From Candidatus Microgenomatus sp. (lineage in GTDB: Bacteria > Patescibacteriota > Microgenomatia > UBA1400 > PJMF01): 51,108 nucleotides of DNA. The position numbers and the translations under genes were made by a program. The stretch's first letter is position 1; the number at the start of each line of letters is the position of its first letter. This document shows positions 30,783 to 39,436 of the stretch, piece by piece. The DNA lies in assembly GCA_020724725.1 (NCBI GenBank), contig DYGL01000003.1, forward strand, positions 1-51,108. The letters run 5' to 3'. The notes beneath the pieces were generated by a model. The model was not told where the DNA came from. It saw only the letters and a list, made by a program, of their open reading frames with translations, and ran no database searches.

Positions 30783-31637
30783 TTAAAACTCAAACCCCTT
30801 CATCTTCTCCTTTAACCTGGAAAAAACTTTATCTCTAAAAGAAATGCTATTGAAAAAAGCTTGAGTAAGGCTCAAGGAAAAATTTTCCTGACCAAAAACT
30901 AATTGACGATATTTCTTTTGCAAAACAAAAAATAATTGATTTAAAAGAGAAAATGATTTTTTAACTCTGTATCGTCCGAATTTATAATTATCATAAAAAA
31001 ACAAATAATTTTTCAACCAAGGATTAGCATTTAAAAATTGTTTTTTAAAATCGGCCACGTCATAAACAAAATTCATTTGCAAAATCTCATAAGCCTCATA
31101 CAAGCTTCTTCTCTCTTCGCTGATTACTAAATCATTCTCATCCAGCCACAAGTTGAGGCACCAAGCATTACTGTTTTCCTTTTCTGGTCTCTTATCCTTT
31201 AATTTAGTCAGTAAAATCAAAATAAAGCGAGTTAACCACAAAGTATTGTGTTGACAAATGATCATAAAATCTAAATCATCGTCTTTTTGAGCATTATCAA
31301 CGGCTGTAGAGCCAGTCAGAACCACAGCTTTAACAAAAGGCACTTTTTTGATCAAATCAACAAAGTTTTGAATTTCTTTCTTTTTGATCGAAATGAATTT
31401 AGCTCTTTGCAGACGATTTTCTAAATCTCTTTTTTTTAAGAAAAAATATTGTCCATCACTTTGAATTAAAGATTGGCTAATCAATTTTCTTAATGAATTT
31501 TCTATTTTTTTTGAAGAAATGAAAATTTTTTCTTGACCCTTAGCGAGACGCTCAAAAATTTCCTTTTTACTCAAAGCGAAAGAAAAACAACTGCTGTAAG
31601 CCAAAGTTAAAAATACTAAGCGATCTTGTTCATTCAT
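30783..31637 (-). CDS. Pol-beta-superfamily nucleotidyltransferase domain protein with a probable N-terminal winged helix
   Basis: VVLTGSTA...DDDLDFMII (hGS..DxD) motif; AGGAG SD upstream. Confidence 0.7.
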   Translation of the reverse strand: MNEQDRLVFLTLAYSSCFSFALSKKEIFERLAKGQEKIFISSKKIENSLRKLISQSLIQSDGQYFFLKKRDLENRLQRAKFISIKKKEIQNFVDLIKKVPFVKAVVLTGSTAVDNAQKDDDLDFMIICQHNTLWLTRFILILLTKLKDKRPEKENSNAWCLNLWLDENDLVISEERRSLYEAYEILQMNFVYDVADFKKQFLNANPWLKNYLFFYDNYKFGRYRVKKSFSLLNQLFFVLQKKYRQLVFGQENFSLSLTQAFFNSISFRDKVFSRLKEKMKGFEF

Positions 31638-31671
31638 TACGCTCCTAAATATACGCTATAATCTCCAATAT

Positions 31672-32439
31672 ATGAAGATTTATTCTTGGAATGTTAATGG
31701 TATTCGAGCAGTTTTAAAAAAAGGCTTTCTATCTTGGATGGAAAAGACTGAAGCCGACATCGTCTGCTTACAAGAAACCAAGGCTTCACCCGACCAACTT
31801 TCTTTTGATTTGACTCAAATTGCCGACTACCAAAGTTATTTTGCTTGGGCAGAGAAAAAAGGTTACAGTGGAGTAGTTACTTACAGCAAAAAAGAACCTC
31901 AAAAAGTGCAAATTGGCCTCTTAGAAGACAAGTTTGACCGCGAAGGTCGCACTGTTATTACTTATTACAAAAACTTCGTTCTCTTTAACATCTATTTTCC
32001 CAATGGCAAAGCCTCACCAGAAAGACTCGCTTACAAAATGGCCTATTATGATTTCTTATTAAACTATCTAAAGGAATTATTAAAAACTGAAAAAAACATC
32101 GTCATCTGTGGCGACGTCAACACTGCTCACCAAGCCATTGACTTGGCTAGACCAAAGGAAAATGAGCAAATTTCTGGTTTTCTTAAAGAAGAAAGAGCTT
32201 GGATTGATCAGTTGCTGGAACTTGGTTTTATTGATACCTTTCGTCACTTAAATCAAGAAACAAGCAATCGCTACACTTGGTGGAGTCAGAGATCAGGAGC
32301 TAGAGCCAGAAATGTTGGCTGGAGAATTGATTATTTCTTTATTAGTCAAAATTTATTACCCCATCTGCGCCAAGCAGAAATTCATGAACAAGTCATGGGT
32401 TCTGACCATTGCCCAATTTCCATCGAACTTGAATTCTGA
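31672..32439 (+). CDS. xth: Exodeoxyribonuclease III / AP endonuclease
   Basis: SWNVNGIRA, CLQETK, GYSGV, CGDVN, GWRIDYF, GSDHCP motifs. Confidence 0.96.
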   Translation: MKIYSWNVNGIRAVLKKGFLSWMEKTEADIVCLQETKASPDQLSFDLTQIADYQSYFAWAEKKGYSGVVTYSKKEPQKVQIGLLEDKFDREGRTVITYYKNFVLFNIYFPNGKASPERLAYKMAYYDFLLNYLKELLKTEKNIVICGDVNTAHQAIDLARPKENEQISGFLKEERAWIDQLLELGFIDTFRHLNQETSNRYTWWSQRSGARARNVGWRIDYFFISQNLLPHLRQAEIHEQVMGSDHCPISIELEF

Positions 32440-32454
32440 TAAAATCAGGCCATT

Positions 32455-33048
32455 ATGCTAGATGAGAGATTTGTAATTTTAGGAGCTTTAATTTCCTTTT
32501 ATGGTGGCCTTAGTTACCTTCTTGATACTATCAAAGGTAAAAACAAACCCAACCGTGTAACTTGGTTTTTGTGGGCCTTAGCTCCCCTCATTGCCTTTAG
32601 CGCTGAGTTAGAAAAAGGAGTTGGTTTGACAGCTCTGATGACTTTTATGGCTGGCTTCAATCCTCTGATGATTTTAATCGCCTCTTTTGTAAACAAACAA
32701 TCCTACTGGAAACTAAATAAAATGGATTATGTTTATGGTTCTATTTCTATTTTTGCAATTATCATCTGGAAGATCACTGGCGAAGGTAACCTTGCCATTC
32801 TTTTTTCCATTTTGGCTGATGGTTTTGCTTCTATCCCAACAGTCATCAAATCTTATCGTCAACCAGAAACAGAAAGTAGCAATATTTATCTATTTGCTAT
32901 GATTAATGCTGGCATTGCCCTACTCACCATTAAAGACTGGACTTTTGCTCACTACAGCTTCCCTGCTTATATCTTTTTACTTTGTGCTTTGATTTATAGC
33001 TTGGTGAAATTTAAATGGGGTGTGAGACTAAAGGCCGAAGTAAAGTAA
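32455..33048 (+). CDS. Hypothetical 6-7 TM membrane protein (possible PQ-loop/SWEET-like fold)
   Basis: Highly hydrophobic; two similar halves (LSYLLDTIKGKNKP / IPTVIKSYRQPETE). Confidence 0.7.
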   Translation: MLDERFVILGALISFYGGLSYLLDTIKGKNKPNRVTWFLWALAPLIAFSAELEKGVGLTALMTFMAGFNPLMILIASFVNKQSYWKLNKMDYVYGSISIFAIIIWKITGEGNLAILFSILADGFASIPTVIKSYRQPETESSNIYLFAMINAGIALLTIKDWTFAHYSFPAYIFLLCALIYSLVKFKWGVRLKAEVK

Positions 33049-34155
33049 AATTGAATCTAAAGTTTTTTGAATATCCTGTTCTTTGGCTGAGTCATTTTCT
33101 AAAATCCAAAGTTTACCCTGACCATATTTAGCAATGTCATCTTCCAAATGTTTTTTCTTATTAAGAAAATTATATTGACTTTGCAATCTTCTTTGAATTT
33201 GTTCTTGATTTAAGCCTCTACCAAGCAGGCGTTCTTGTTGAACTTTTTCACTAACCGATAAAAGAAGCATGTTGTAGTTCACCAACTGACTCATTGAAGC
33301 TTCAACCAGCAAAGCGGCATTAAGAAAAATCAAACCTTTTTTATCTTTAAGTTCGCGACGCAAACGCACCAGAATTGGAGTAGCCATGATTTCGTTAAGT
33401 TTTTTCAACTTTTCTTGATCAGCAAAAACAATTTCTCCCAAAACCTTACGATTAATACTACCATCGGCCTTGGCTACTTCAGCTCCAAAAAGATCAGTGA
33501 TTTGTTTGCGCACTAAGGCGTATTTTTCTTCCTGCAAATCTTCTTGAATTTGCCAAGACAAATGATCGAGCTCAATATTGTAGGCTTCAAGTCCTTTTTT
33601 TCTGGCCAACTCAAGCATTTTTTCTCCCACATAAGACTTGCCTGAACCAATTTCACCAGTCAAACCTACAAGATATTGACCACTAATTTTGGCTTCAACA
33701 CACTGTTTAACGTAAGCTGGCACGTAATCTTGGATCAAGCCTTGTTCACGTTGAATGTCTTTGACTGCACTAGAGCTAATGTGAGCTAACGAAGGTTTAG
33801 CAAATAAAATAAAGGTATCAATTCCTAATTGCTGACTTTCGCCTAAACTATGTAAACTCATTTCGTATTCAAAATCCTTGCTACTGCGCACTCCTTTGAC
33901 TATAACGTCAATGTTGTTTTCATAAGCAAAGTCAACCAACATGCCGGTAAAAGACATCACTTCTACATTTTTAAGAAATAATAAAGATTTTTTCGCCATC
34001 TGAGTTCTTTCCTCCAAGGAAAAGAGATAACTTTTGGCTGGATTGACACCAATTGCCACCACCAAACGATCAAAAATCTTGGCTGCTCGTTCAATAATGT
34101 CGAGATGACCATAAGTAATCGGATCACCAGAAAAAGCGTAAATAGCTGATTTCAT
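33028..34155 (-). CDS. coaD: Bifunctional phosphopantetheine adenylyltransferase / dephospho-CoA kinase (CoaD-CoaE fusion)
   Basis: N-half: DPITYGHLDIIERA, VKGVR...DFEYE, HISSSAVK. C-half: VGLTGEIGSGKS P-loop, DGSINRKVLGEIVF, ERLLGRG..RRLQSQ. Start ATG 34155 or GTG 34158. Confidence 0.88.
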   Translation of the reverse strand: MKSAIYAFSGDPITYGHLDIIERAAKIFDRLVVAIGVNPAKSYLFSLEERTQMAKKSLLFLKNVEVMSFTGMLVDFAYENNIDVIVKGVRSSKDFEYEMSLHSLGESQQLGIDTFILFAKPSLAHISSSAVKDIQREQGLIQDYVPAYVKQCVEAKISGQYLVGLTGEIGSGKSYVGEKMLELARKKGLEAYNIELDHLSWQIQEDLQEEKYALVRKQITDLFGAEVAKADGSINRKVLGEIVFADQEKLKKLNEIMATPILVRLRRELKDKKGLIFLNAALLVEASMSQLVNYNMLLLSVSEKVQQERLLGRGLNQEQIQRRLQSQYNFLNKKKHLEDDIAKYGQGKLWILENDSAKEQDIQKTLDSILLYFGL

Positions 34156-34179
34156 CACCTAAATTATAACATTGGTAAA

Positions 34180-36267
34180 CTAATCCAAAATAATGCGCGC
34201 ATCTAGAATTTTAACCCCATCTTCATTTGCTAATAGAGGGTTGATGTCCAGCTCTTTGATTTGAGGGAAATCACTCACTAACTGCGATAAACGACCCAAA
34301 GCATCAACAATTGCTTCCTGATTGACTGCTGGCAAACCTCTTACTCCAGTTAAAATTTTGTAGGCTCTTAGCTTTTGAATTAAATTAGTAGCATCAATTT
34401 TTTGAAGCGGAGCAAAAGCAAAAGCAACATCTTTTAAAACTTCAACGTAAATTCCACCCAAGCCGAACATTATCATCGTACCTAAAGAATTTTTATTGAT
34501 ACCCAAAATCAATTCTGTACCTTTATCCGCCATCTCCATCATTAAAATACCATCGATTTTGGCTTGAGGCTGATTTTTTTTGACCCTTTTAAGCATCATT
34601 TTTGTCTCACTGATAATATTTTTTTGATCAATATTTAAAGCAACTCCTCCAACATCACTTTTGTGTAAAATATCTTTAGAAACGACCTTAATTGCCACCG
34701 GTTTATCAAATTCCTTTACTCCGTTGATTATTTCTAAAGCAGAATTAGCTATAAATGATTTTAAAAGAGGAAAACCATAAGCACGCATCACCTCCAGCGC
34801 CTCTATCTCAATCAGGCTCTTCCTACCTTCTCTTTCTAAATTAGCGAAAATTTCTGCGACCCTGTCTTTATTTACTTCTTTGTAGTTTAAGTCTGCCTCA
34901 TTATTGGTTTTAATCCAATCATGAAACTTGGCAAATTTGGCCAAAGCCTTAGCAGTTGGTTCTGGAAAAGTAAGATTAGCAATTTTATTTTGACGCAAAA
35001 TTTGCACACCTTCTGCCACTAATTCTCTACCCATTAAACTAACTACAATTGGCTTTTGACTAATGGCGCGTATTTTAACAACTGCTTCAGCTACCTTGGC
35101 TGGCTCAGTCATTGATTGTGGAGTGAGTAGCACAATTAAAGCCTCAACCTCCTCTGCTTGCATTAAAATTCGAATTGCCTGTTCATAAACTTCACCCATC
35201 GCATCACCCAAAACATCAATTGGGTTGTGAACACTAGCTGAAGAAGGAAGAAAAGATTTTAGTTTTTGGGTTGTTGAATCAGTTAGTTTTGCCAACTCCA
35301 AACCATTTTCTATGACCGCATCAGTAGTCAAAACCCCAGGCCCACCAGCATTTGTAACAATGGCCACTTTCTTAACTTCTTGAATCTGATTGAGAGAGAA
35401 AACTTGGGCCAAATCAAAAAGCTCACTCACGCTAGAAGCACGAATAATACCAGCTTGATCAAATAAAGCCTGATAAGCACTGTCATCGCTGCTAAGAGAA
35501 CCAGTATGAGAAGCCACGGCCTTAGCGCCAGCATTAGTTTTGCCAGATTTAAGAACAATAATTGGCTTTGGATTATCTCCTCGATTCAAATCACGTAAAG
35601 TTTTAATAATTTCTGGAGCATTTTCCAAAGATTCTGCATAAATGCAAATAACTTTAGTCTTTGGATCATTATGTAGATATTTAATTAGCTCTAATTCTTT
35701 GAGCAAAGCTTTATTGCCTGTACTTAAAAATTTAGAAAAACCAATTCCCAGATTCTGGGCATAATCCAAAACGGCGGTACACAAAGCTCCACTTTGCGAA
35801 AGAAAAGCAATATCTCCAACCGGAGGCATAATCCCAGCAAAAGAAGCATTCATTTTCCATGAGGGATTGATGACTCCTAAACAATTTGGCCCAGCTAAAG
35901 TTATCTTCAGTTTCTGGCAGGTTGCAATTAATTCCTGCTCCAATTCATTCTGACCAACTTCTTTAAAGCCAGCAGAAATTACCAAAGCTGCTTTAGCCCC
36001 CTTAAGAGCGGCTTTTTCAATTTCTTGGCCAACTAAATTAGCCGGAATAGCTAAAATTGCCAAATCAATCTGACCTGGTAATTCTGCTACGCTGTGATAA
36101 GCACGTAAACCATGAAGAGAATCAATTTTGGGATTGATAGGATAAATTTGTCCAGCAAAACCTTGTTTGACCAAATTTTCAACAATATCATTGCCAACAG
36201 ATCTCTCTTTGCTTGAGGCTCCAATAATCGCAATTGCTCGTGGTTGAAAAAGAGCATCTAAACTCAT
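34180..36267 (-). CDS. Acetate-CoA ligase (ADP-forming), fused alpha/beta subunits
   Basis: IAIIGAS, GPNCLG, SQSGA, ASHTGS (phospho-His), TNAGGPG, HKSDVGGV, FGLGGIYVE, ELDINPL; no C-terminal GNAT domain. Confidence 0.92.
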   Translation of the reverse strand: MSLDALFQPRAIAIIGASSKERSVGNDIVENLVKQGFAGQIYPINPKIDSLHGLRAYHSVAELPGQIDLAILAIPANLVGQEIEKAALKGAKAALVISAGFKEVGQNELEQELIATCQKLKITLAGPNCLGVINPSWKMNASFAGIMPPVGDIAFLSQSGALCTAVLDYAQNLGIGFSKFLSTGNKALLKELELIKYLHNDPKTKVICIYAESLENAPEIIKTLRDLNRGDNPKPIIVLKSGKTNAGAKAVASHTGSLSSDDSAYQALFDQAGIIRASSVSELFDLAQVFSLNQIQEVKKVAIVTNAGGPGVLTTDAVIENGLELAKLTDSTTQKLKSFLPSSASVHNPIDVLGDAMGEVYEQAIRILMQAEEVEALIVLLTPQSMTEPAKVAEAVVKIRAISQKPIVVSLMGRELVAEGVQILRQNKIANLTFPEPTAKALAKFAKFHDWIKTNNEADLNYKEVNKDRVAEIFANLEREGRKSLIEIEALEVMRAYGFPLLKSFIANSALEIINGVKEFDKPVAIKVVSKDILHKSDVGGVALNIDQKNIISETKMMLKRVKKNQPQAKIDGILMMEMADKGTELILGINKNSLGTMIMFGLGGIYVEVLKDVAFAFAPLQKIDATNLIQKLRAYKILTGVRGLPAVNQEAIVDALGRLSQLVSDFPQIKELDINPLLANEDGVKILDARIILD

Positions 36268-36321
36268 ATGTTACAAAAAAGATTGTAGCTAAAAAGAAAG
36301 ATAAAAGATAGAATTGTTACT

Positions 36322-36576
36322 ATGAAAAACAAGCACAAACTAGTCCTAGAAAACCATGACACCATCTATGACGTTAGTAATTGGCTAGTTTTTAAGAAAA
36401 ATTTTTTAGCTGGCATTGCCCGTAGCGCTGGCTCATGGTTTTTTAACATTCTCGTCTTGCTGGTTTTAGCTTACATCTTGATTCCAGTTTTTGGTTCTTT
36501 CATGAATGAATTGAGCAACAAAATACCAAAGAACCTAAATGACATCGTCATCCAAATCGAAAAAAATGGCAATTAA
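36322..36576 (+). CDS. Small membrane protein (DUF5665-like)
   Basis: KNFLAGIARSAG followed by a TM helix. Confidence 0.6.
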   Translation: MKNKHKLVLENHDTIYDVSNWLVFKKNFLAGIARSAGSWFFNILVLLVLAYILIPVFGSFMNELSNKIPKNLNDIVIQIEKNGN

Positions 36577-37678
36577 TTTTTTTCTCCAAAGTAAAGATTT
36601 TGGCGGAGCTGAAAAATTCGCTCAAGATTTATTAATTGAATTGAGCAAACAAAAACAAAAAGTTTTTCTCTACACAACAAATCTAAATTTAATTAAGACA
36701 ATTGCTGAACAAAAAAATATTGTTGTAAAAAGAATTCCCTTTTACCTAGATTATGCTTCAAATCATAAAGGATTGTTAAAAAGTTTTTTACTCACTCCCT
36801 TGGCGGGAATTTATTATTTAAAAACTTTTTTGGAAATTAAAAGTCGTCAGGAAAAACAATTTATTTTTTGTTCTGGGTTTAGTGAAAAAATCATTCTTGG
36901 CCCACTGAGTAAATTTTTTTCTTTAAAAATTTTTTTCATAGAATATGGACCGCTTGAACCACTTTTTAAAAAACTTTATGGCATCCCAAAAATTCTTTAT
37001 TATCTTTTTGCCAAAAACCAAGCAGAAAAAATCATTGTTTCTTCAAAAAACACCCTAGAAGTTTTAAAAAATATTTTTCCTCAAAAAAAAATGATTTTTA
37101 TTCCTTGTGGCAGTTTAATTCGAAGTAATCACTTTAGACCAAATCAGATTGAAGATGGAGTTATCAGCGTAATTTCTAGACTAGAAAAAGGTAAAGGGCA
37201 AGATTTGGCAATCAGCGCTTTTAAACAAGTAGAAAGAGAATTTCCTAAAGCTAAGTTACAAATTATTGGTACCGGCAACTTTTACACAGAACTCAAAAAA
37301 CAAAGCCAAAACAATCCTCGCATCAAATTTTTAAAATATGTGGAAAAACCAGAATCACTAATTAAAAAAAGCGAAATTATCCTTTGCCCTTCCGTGTGGC
37401 CATTAGAGGGTTTCGGCTTAGTTGTAATTGAAGCCATGGCTCTTGGCAAGCCAATCGTGGCCTTCGATCGAGCTCCATATAATGAAATTTTAGAAAACAA
37501 AAAAAACTCACTGTTGGCTAAAGACAACGATATTAATGATTTGGCCAAAAAAATTATTTTTCTGATGAAAAATAAAGATTGGCAAAATAAATTGGCTAAA
37601 CAAGCCTATTTAGACTTTCAAAAAAAATACCAAATTTCACAAATTGCTAAACAATACTTAAAGCTTTTGGAGGATTAA
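36566..37678 (+). CDS. Glycosyltransferase family 4
   Basis: FGGAEK, ISRLEKGKG, EGFGLVVIEAMALGKP motifs; start likely ATG 36566. Confidence 0.9.
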   Translation: MAINFFLQSKDFGGAEKFAQDLLIELSKQKQKVFLYTTNLNLIKTIAEQKNIVVKRIPFYLDYASNHKGLLKSFLLTPLAGIYYLKTFLEIKSRQEKQFIFCSGFSEKIILGPLSKFFSLKIFFIEYGPLEPLFKKLYGIPKILYYLFAKNQAEKIIVSSKNTLEVLKNIFPQKKMIFIPCGSLIRSNHFRPNQIEDGVISVISRLEKGKGQDLAISAFKQVEREFPKAKLQIIGTGNFYTELKKQSQNNPRIKFLKYVEKPESLIKKSEIILCPSVWPLEGFGLVVIEAMALGKPIVAFDRAPYNEILENKKNSLLAKDNDINDLAKKIIFLMKNKDWQNKLAKQAYLDFQKKYQISQIAKQYLKLLED

Positions 37679-38440
37679 AAATCTATGTCTCCTGAATTGG
37701 TCTTTTATTTCTTTGATTAAAAACTTTTGCAAAATTTGTGGATATTTTTTTTTCAAAAAATCTATCGTGTGTGATTCATGAACTTCTAAGAAAATTTTAC
37801 CGTTTTGACTTAAAAAGTCTCCATCTATTATCTGATCAATCAACTCAGCAATTAAAACAAAGCCATCTTCTCCGCCGTCCAAAGCTAAGTTGGGCTCATA
37901 ATCTTTAACGCTCTTGTCCAAATTCATCATTAAACTAGAAGGAATATATGGCAAATTGGCCGCAATTAGATTGAATTTTTGTTTTGACAGATCATTCAAT
38001 AAATCACTAATTAAAAATTCAACTAAAAAAGGTAATTTTTTAGGAAACAATCTAAATAAATTTTCTTTAGCTACAGACAATGCTTCACTTGAGATGTCAG
38101 CAAGCAAGAATTTTTCTACCAAAAAATTTTTTTTATGAGATTTTAGTAAAAAATCCAAAAAAGATAGACTGATTACTCCACTCCCAACACCAACTTCTAA
38201 ATATGATATTTTTTCTTCTAAAGAATTGACAAAATTCTTCATTAGATCAACCAACTCTTCTGTTTCTACTCTAGGTATCAAAACATTTCGATTTATTTTA
38301 AACTCAAGATTTTTAAACTCCACAAAACCAGTTAAATATTCAACTGGTAAGTCACCTTTTGTAAGTAGGTCTGCTTCTTGCAAGCTATACTTAAGTAACT
38401 GGTTACGCTCGTAAATACTTAGTTTTCTAGATTTATTCAT
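37658..38440 (-). CDS. prmC: Release-factor glutamine methyltransferase (HemK/PrmC), short N-terminus
   Basis: PVEYLTG, VLIPRVETEELV, EVGVGSG, ANLPYI, YEP.LALDGG.DG motifs; ATG 38440 preferred over TTG 38509. Confidence 0.88.
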   Translation of the reverse strand: MNKSRKLSIYERNQLLKYSLQEADLLTKGDLPVEYLTGFVEFKNLEFKINRNVLIPRVETEELVDLMKNFVNSLEEKISYLEVGVGSGVISLSFLDFLLKSHKKNFLVEKFLLADISSEALSVAKENLFRLFPKKLPFLVEFLISDLLNDLSKQKFNLIAANLPYIPSSLMMNLDKSVKDYEPNLALDGGEDGFVLIAELIDQIIDGDFLSQNGKIFLEVHESHTIDFLKKKYPQILQKFLIKEIKDQFRRHRFLILQKL

Positions 38441-38563
38441 GAAAATTGTGACTTGTAAAATTTCTATTATTAATGCATATTGTAATCCATATAAAGTATA
38501 AATATTCAAAGAAAGGAATAATTTAGTTTTTTAAGCGAAATAAAACTAAATTACGACCGAAAG

Positions 38564-39385
38564 ATGGCAAAAAAAACCCAAGCAAAGGAAGTTGCGCAGG
38601 TTGCAGACAGGTTTTCTTTTCAAGCTTTTAGTAGCTTCGTCAACACCAACTTCTCTCTAATTATTATTTTGGTAATGGCCTTTGTTTTAGGCTTTTTAAG
38701 TGGTTCGCTTTGGACTGAAAATAGAATTTTAAAAAGTGGCGGAGGTGTTGCTTTAAATGACACTTCTGCAGCGGAAGCTGCTGCTGCCGAGGCTGCTGCA
38801 AAAAAACTTGAGCAAGTTCCAGCTTTCGATCCAAAAACCGATCATTTTAGAGGTAATAAAGATGCTGAGGTTGTTATGATTGAATACTCAGATTTTGAGT
38901 GTCCATATTGTAATCGTTTCCACCCCACCATGCTTCAGGTAATGGAAGAGTATGGCGACAAAGTAGCTTGGGTCTATAGACATTTCCCACTTTCCTTTCA
39001 TCCTAATGCTCAGCCTTTGGCCGAAGCTAGTGAATGTGTGGCTACTTATGGTGGTAGCGATGCTTTCTGGAAGTTTTCAGACAGTGTTTACGAAAAAATG
39101 GGTGACGGCACCATTTATGGTAGCAATCCTGAAGCCAAAAAAGTCAGCACTGAGATGATGGTTTCTTTAGCCACTGCAGCCGGAGCCAATGGTGCTCAAG
39201 TCAAAGCTTGCATTGACAGCAAAGAAATGAGTCAAAAAGTCAAAGACTCTCAAGCTGGTGGTAGCAAAGCTGGTGTAACTGGCACTCCAGGCACCATCAT
39301 TGTTAGTAAAAAAGGTGGTTTTGATCTAGTTCCAGGAGCTTTACCCTTCGAACAAGTTGAGGTCATGTTAGGAGAACACCTTTAA
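38564..39385 (+). CDS. Membrane-anchored DsbA/thioredoxin-fold disulfide oxidoreductase
   Basis: TM anchor; EYSDFECPYC, YRHFPL, GVTGTP motifs. Confidence 0.9.
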   Translation: MAKKTQAKEVAQVADRFSFQAFSSFVNTNFSLIIILVMAFVLGFLSGSLWTENRILKSGGGVALNDTSAAEAAAAEAAAKKLEQVPAFDPKTDHFRGNKDAEVVMIEYSDFECPYCNRFHPTMLQVMEEYGDKVAWVYRHFPLSFHPNAQPLAEASECVATYGGSDAFWKFSDSVYEKMGDGTIYGSNPEAKKVSTEMMVSLATAAGANGAQVKACIDSKEMSQKVKDSQAGGSKAGVTGTPGTIIVSKKGGFDLVPGALPFEQVEVMLGEHL

Positions 39386-39406
39386 ACTCTAAGTTAAAAA
39401 ATTATT

Positions 39407-39436
39407 AAACCGCGAGCCAAAAACTCGCGGTTTTTT
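39407..39436 (+). terminator. Intrinsic terminator between the convergent DsbA gene and recJ (possibly bidirectional)
   Basis: AAACCGCGAG-CCAAAAA-CTCGCGGTTT followed by further Ts. Confidence 0.88.

Noticed and set aside
29719-31637. Integrated element or prophage at tRNA-Gln
   Set aside because: No integrase, no duplicated tRNA 3' end and no phage genes seen.
34180-36267. Protein lysine acetyltransferase (PatZ) interpretation
   Set aside because: No GNAT domain and the catalytic His (SHTG) is retained.
36288-36312. AAAGAT-like purine repeats between the divergent acetate-CoA ligase gene and 36322
   Set aside because: Short, low-complexity and overlapping a probable -10 box; not enough to call an operator.
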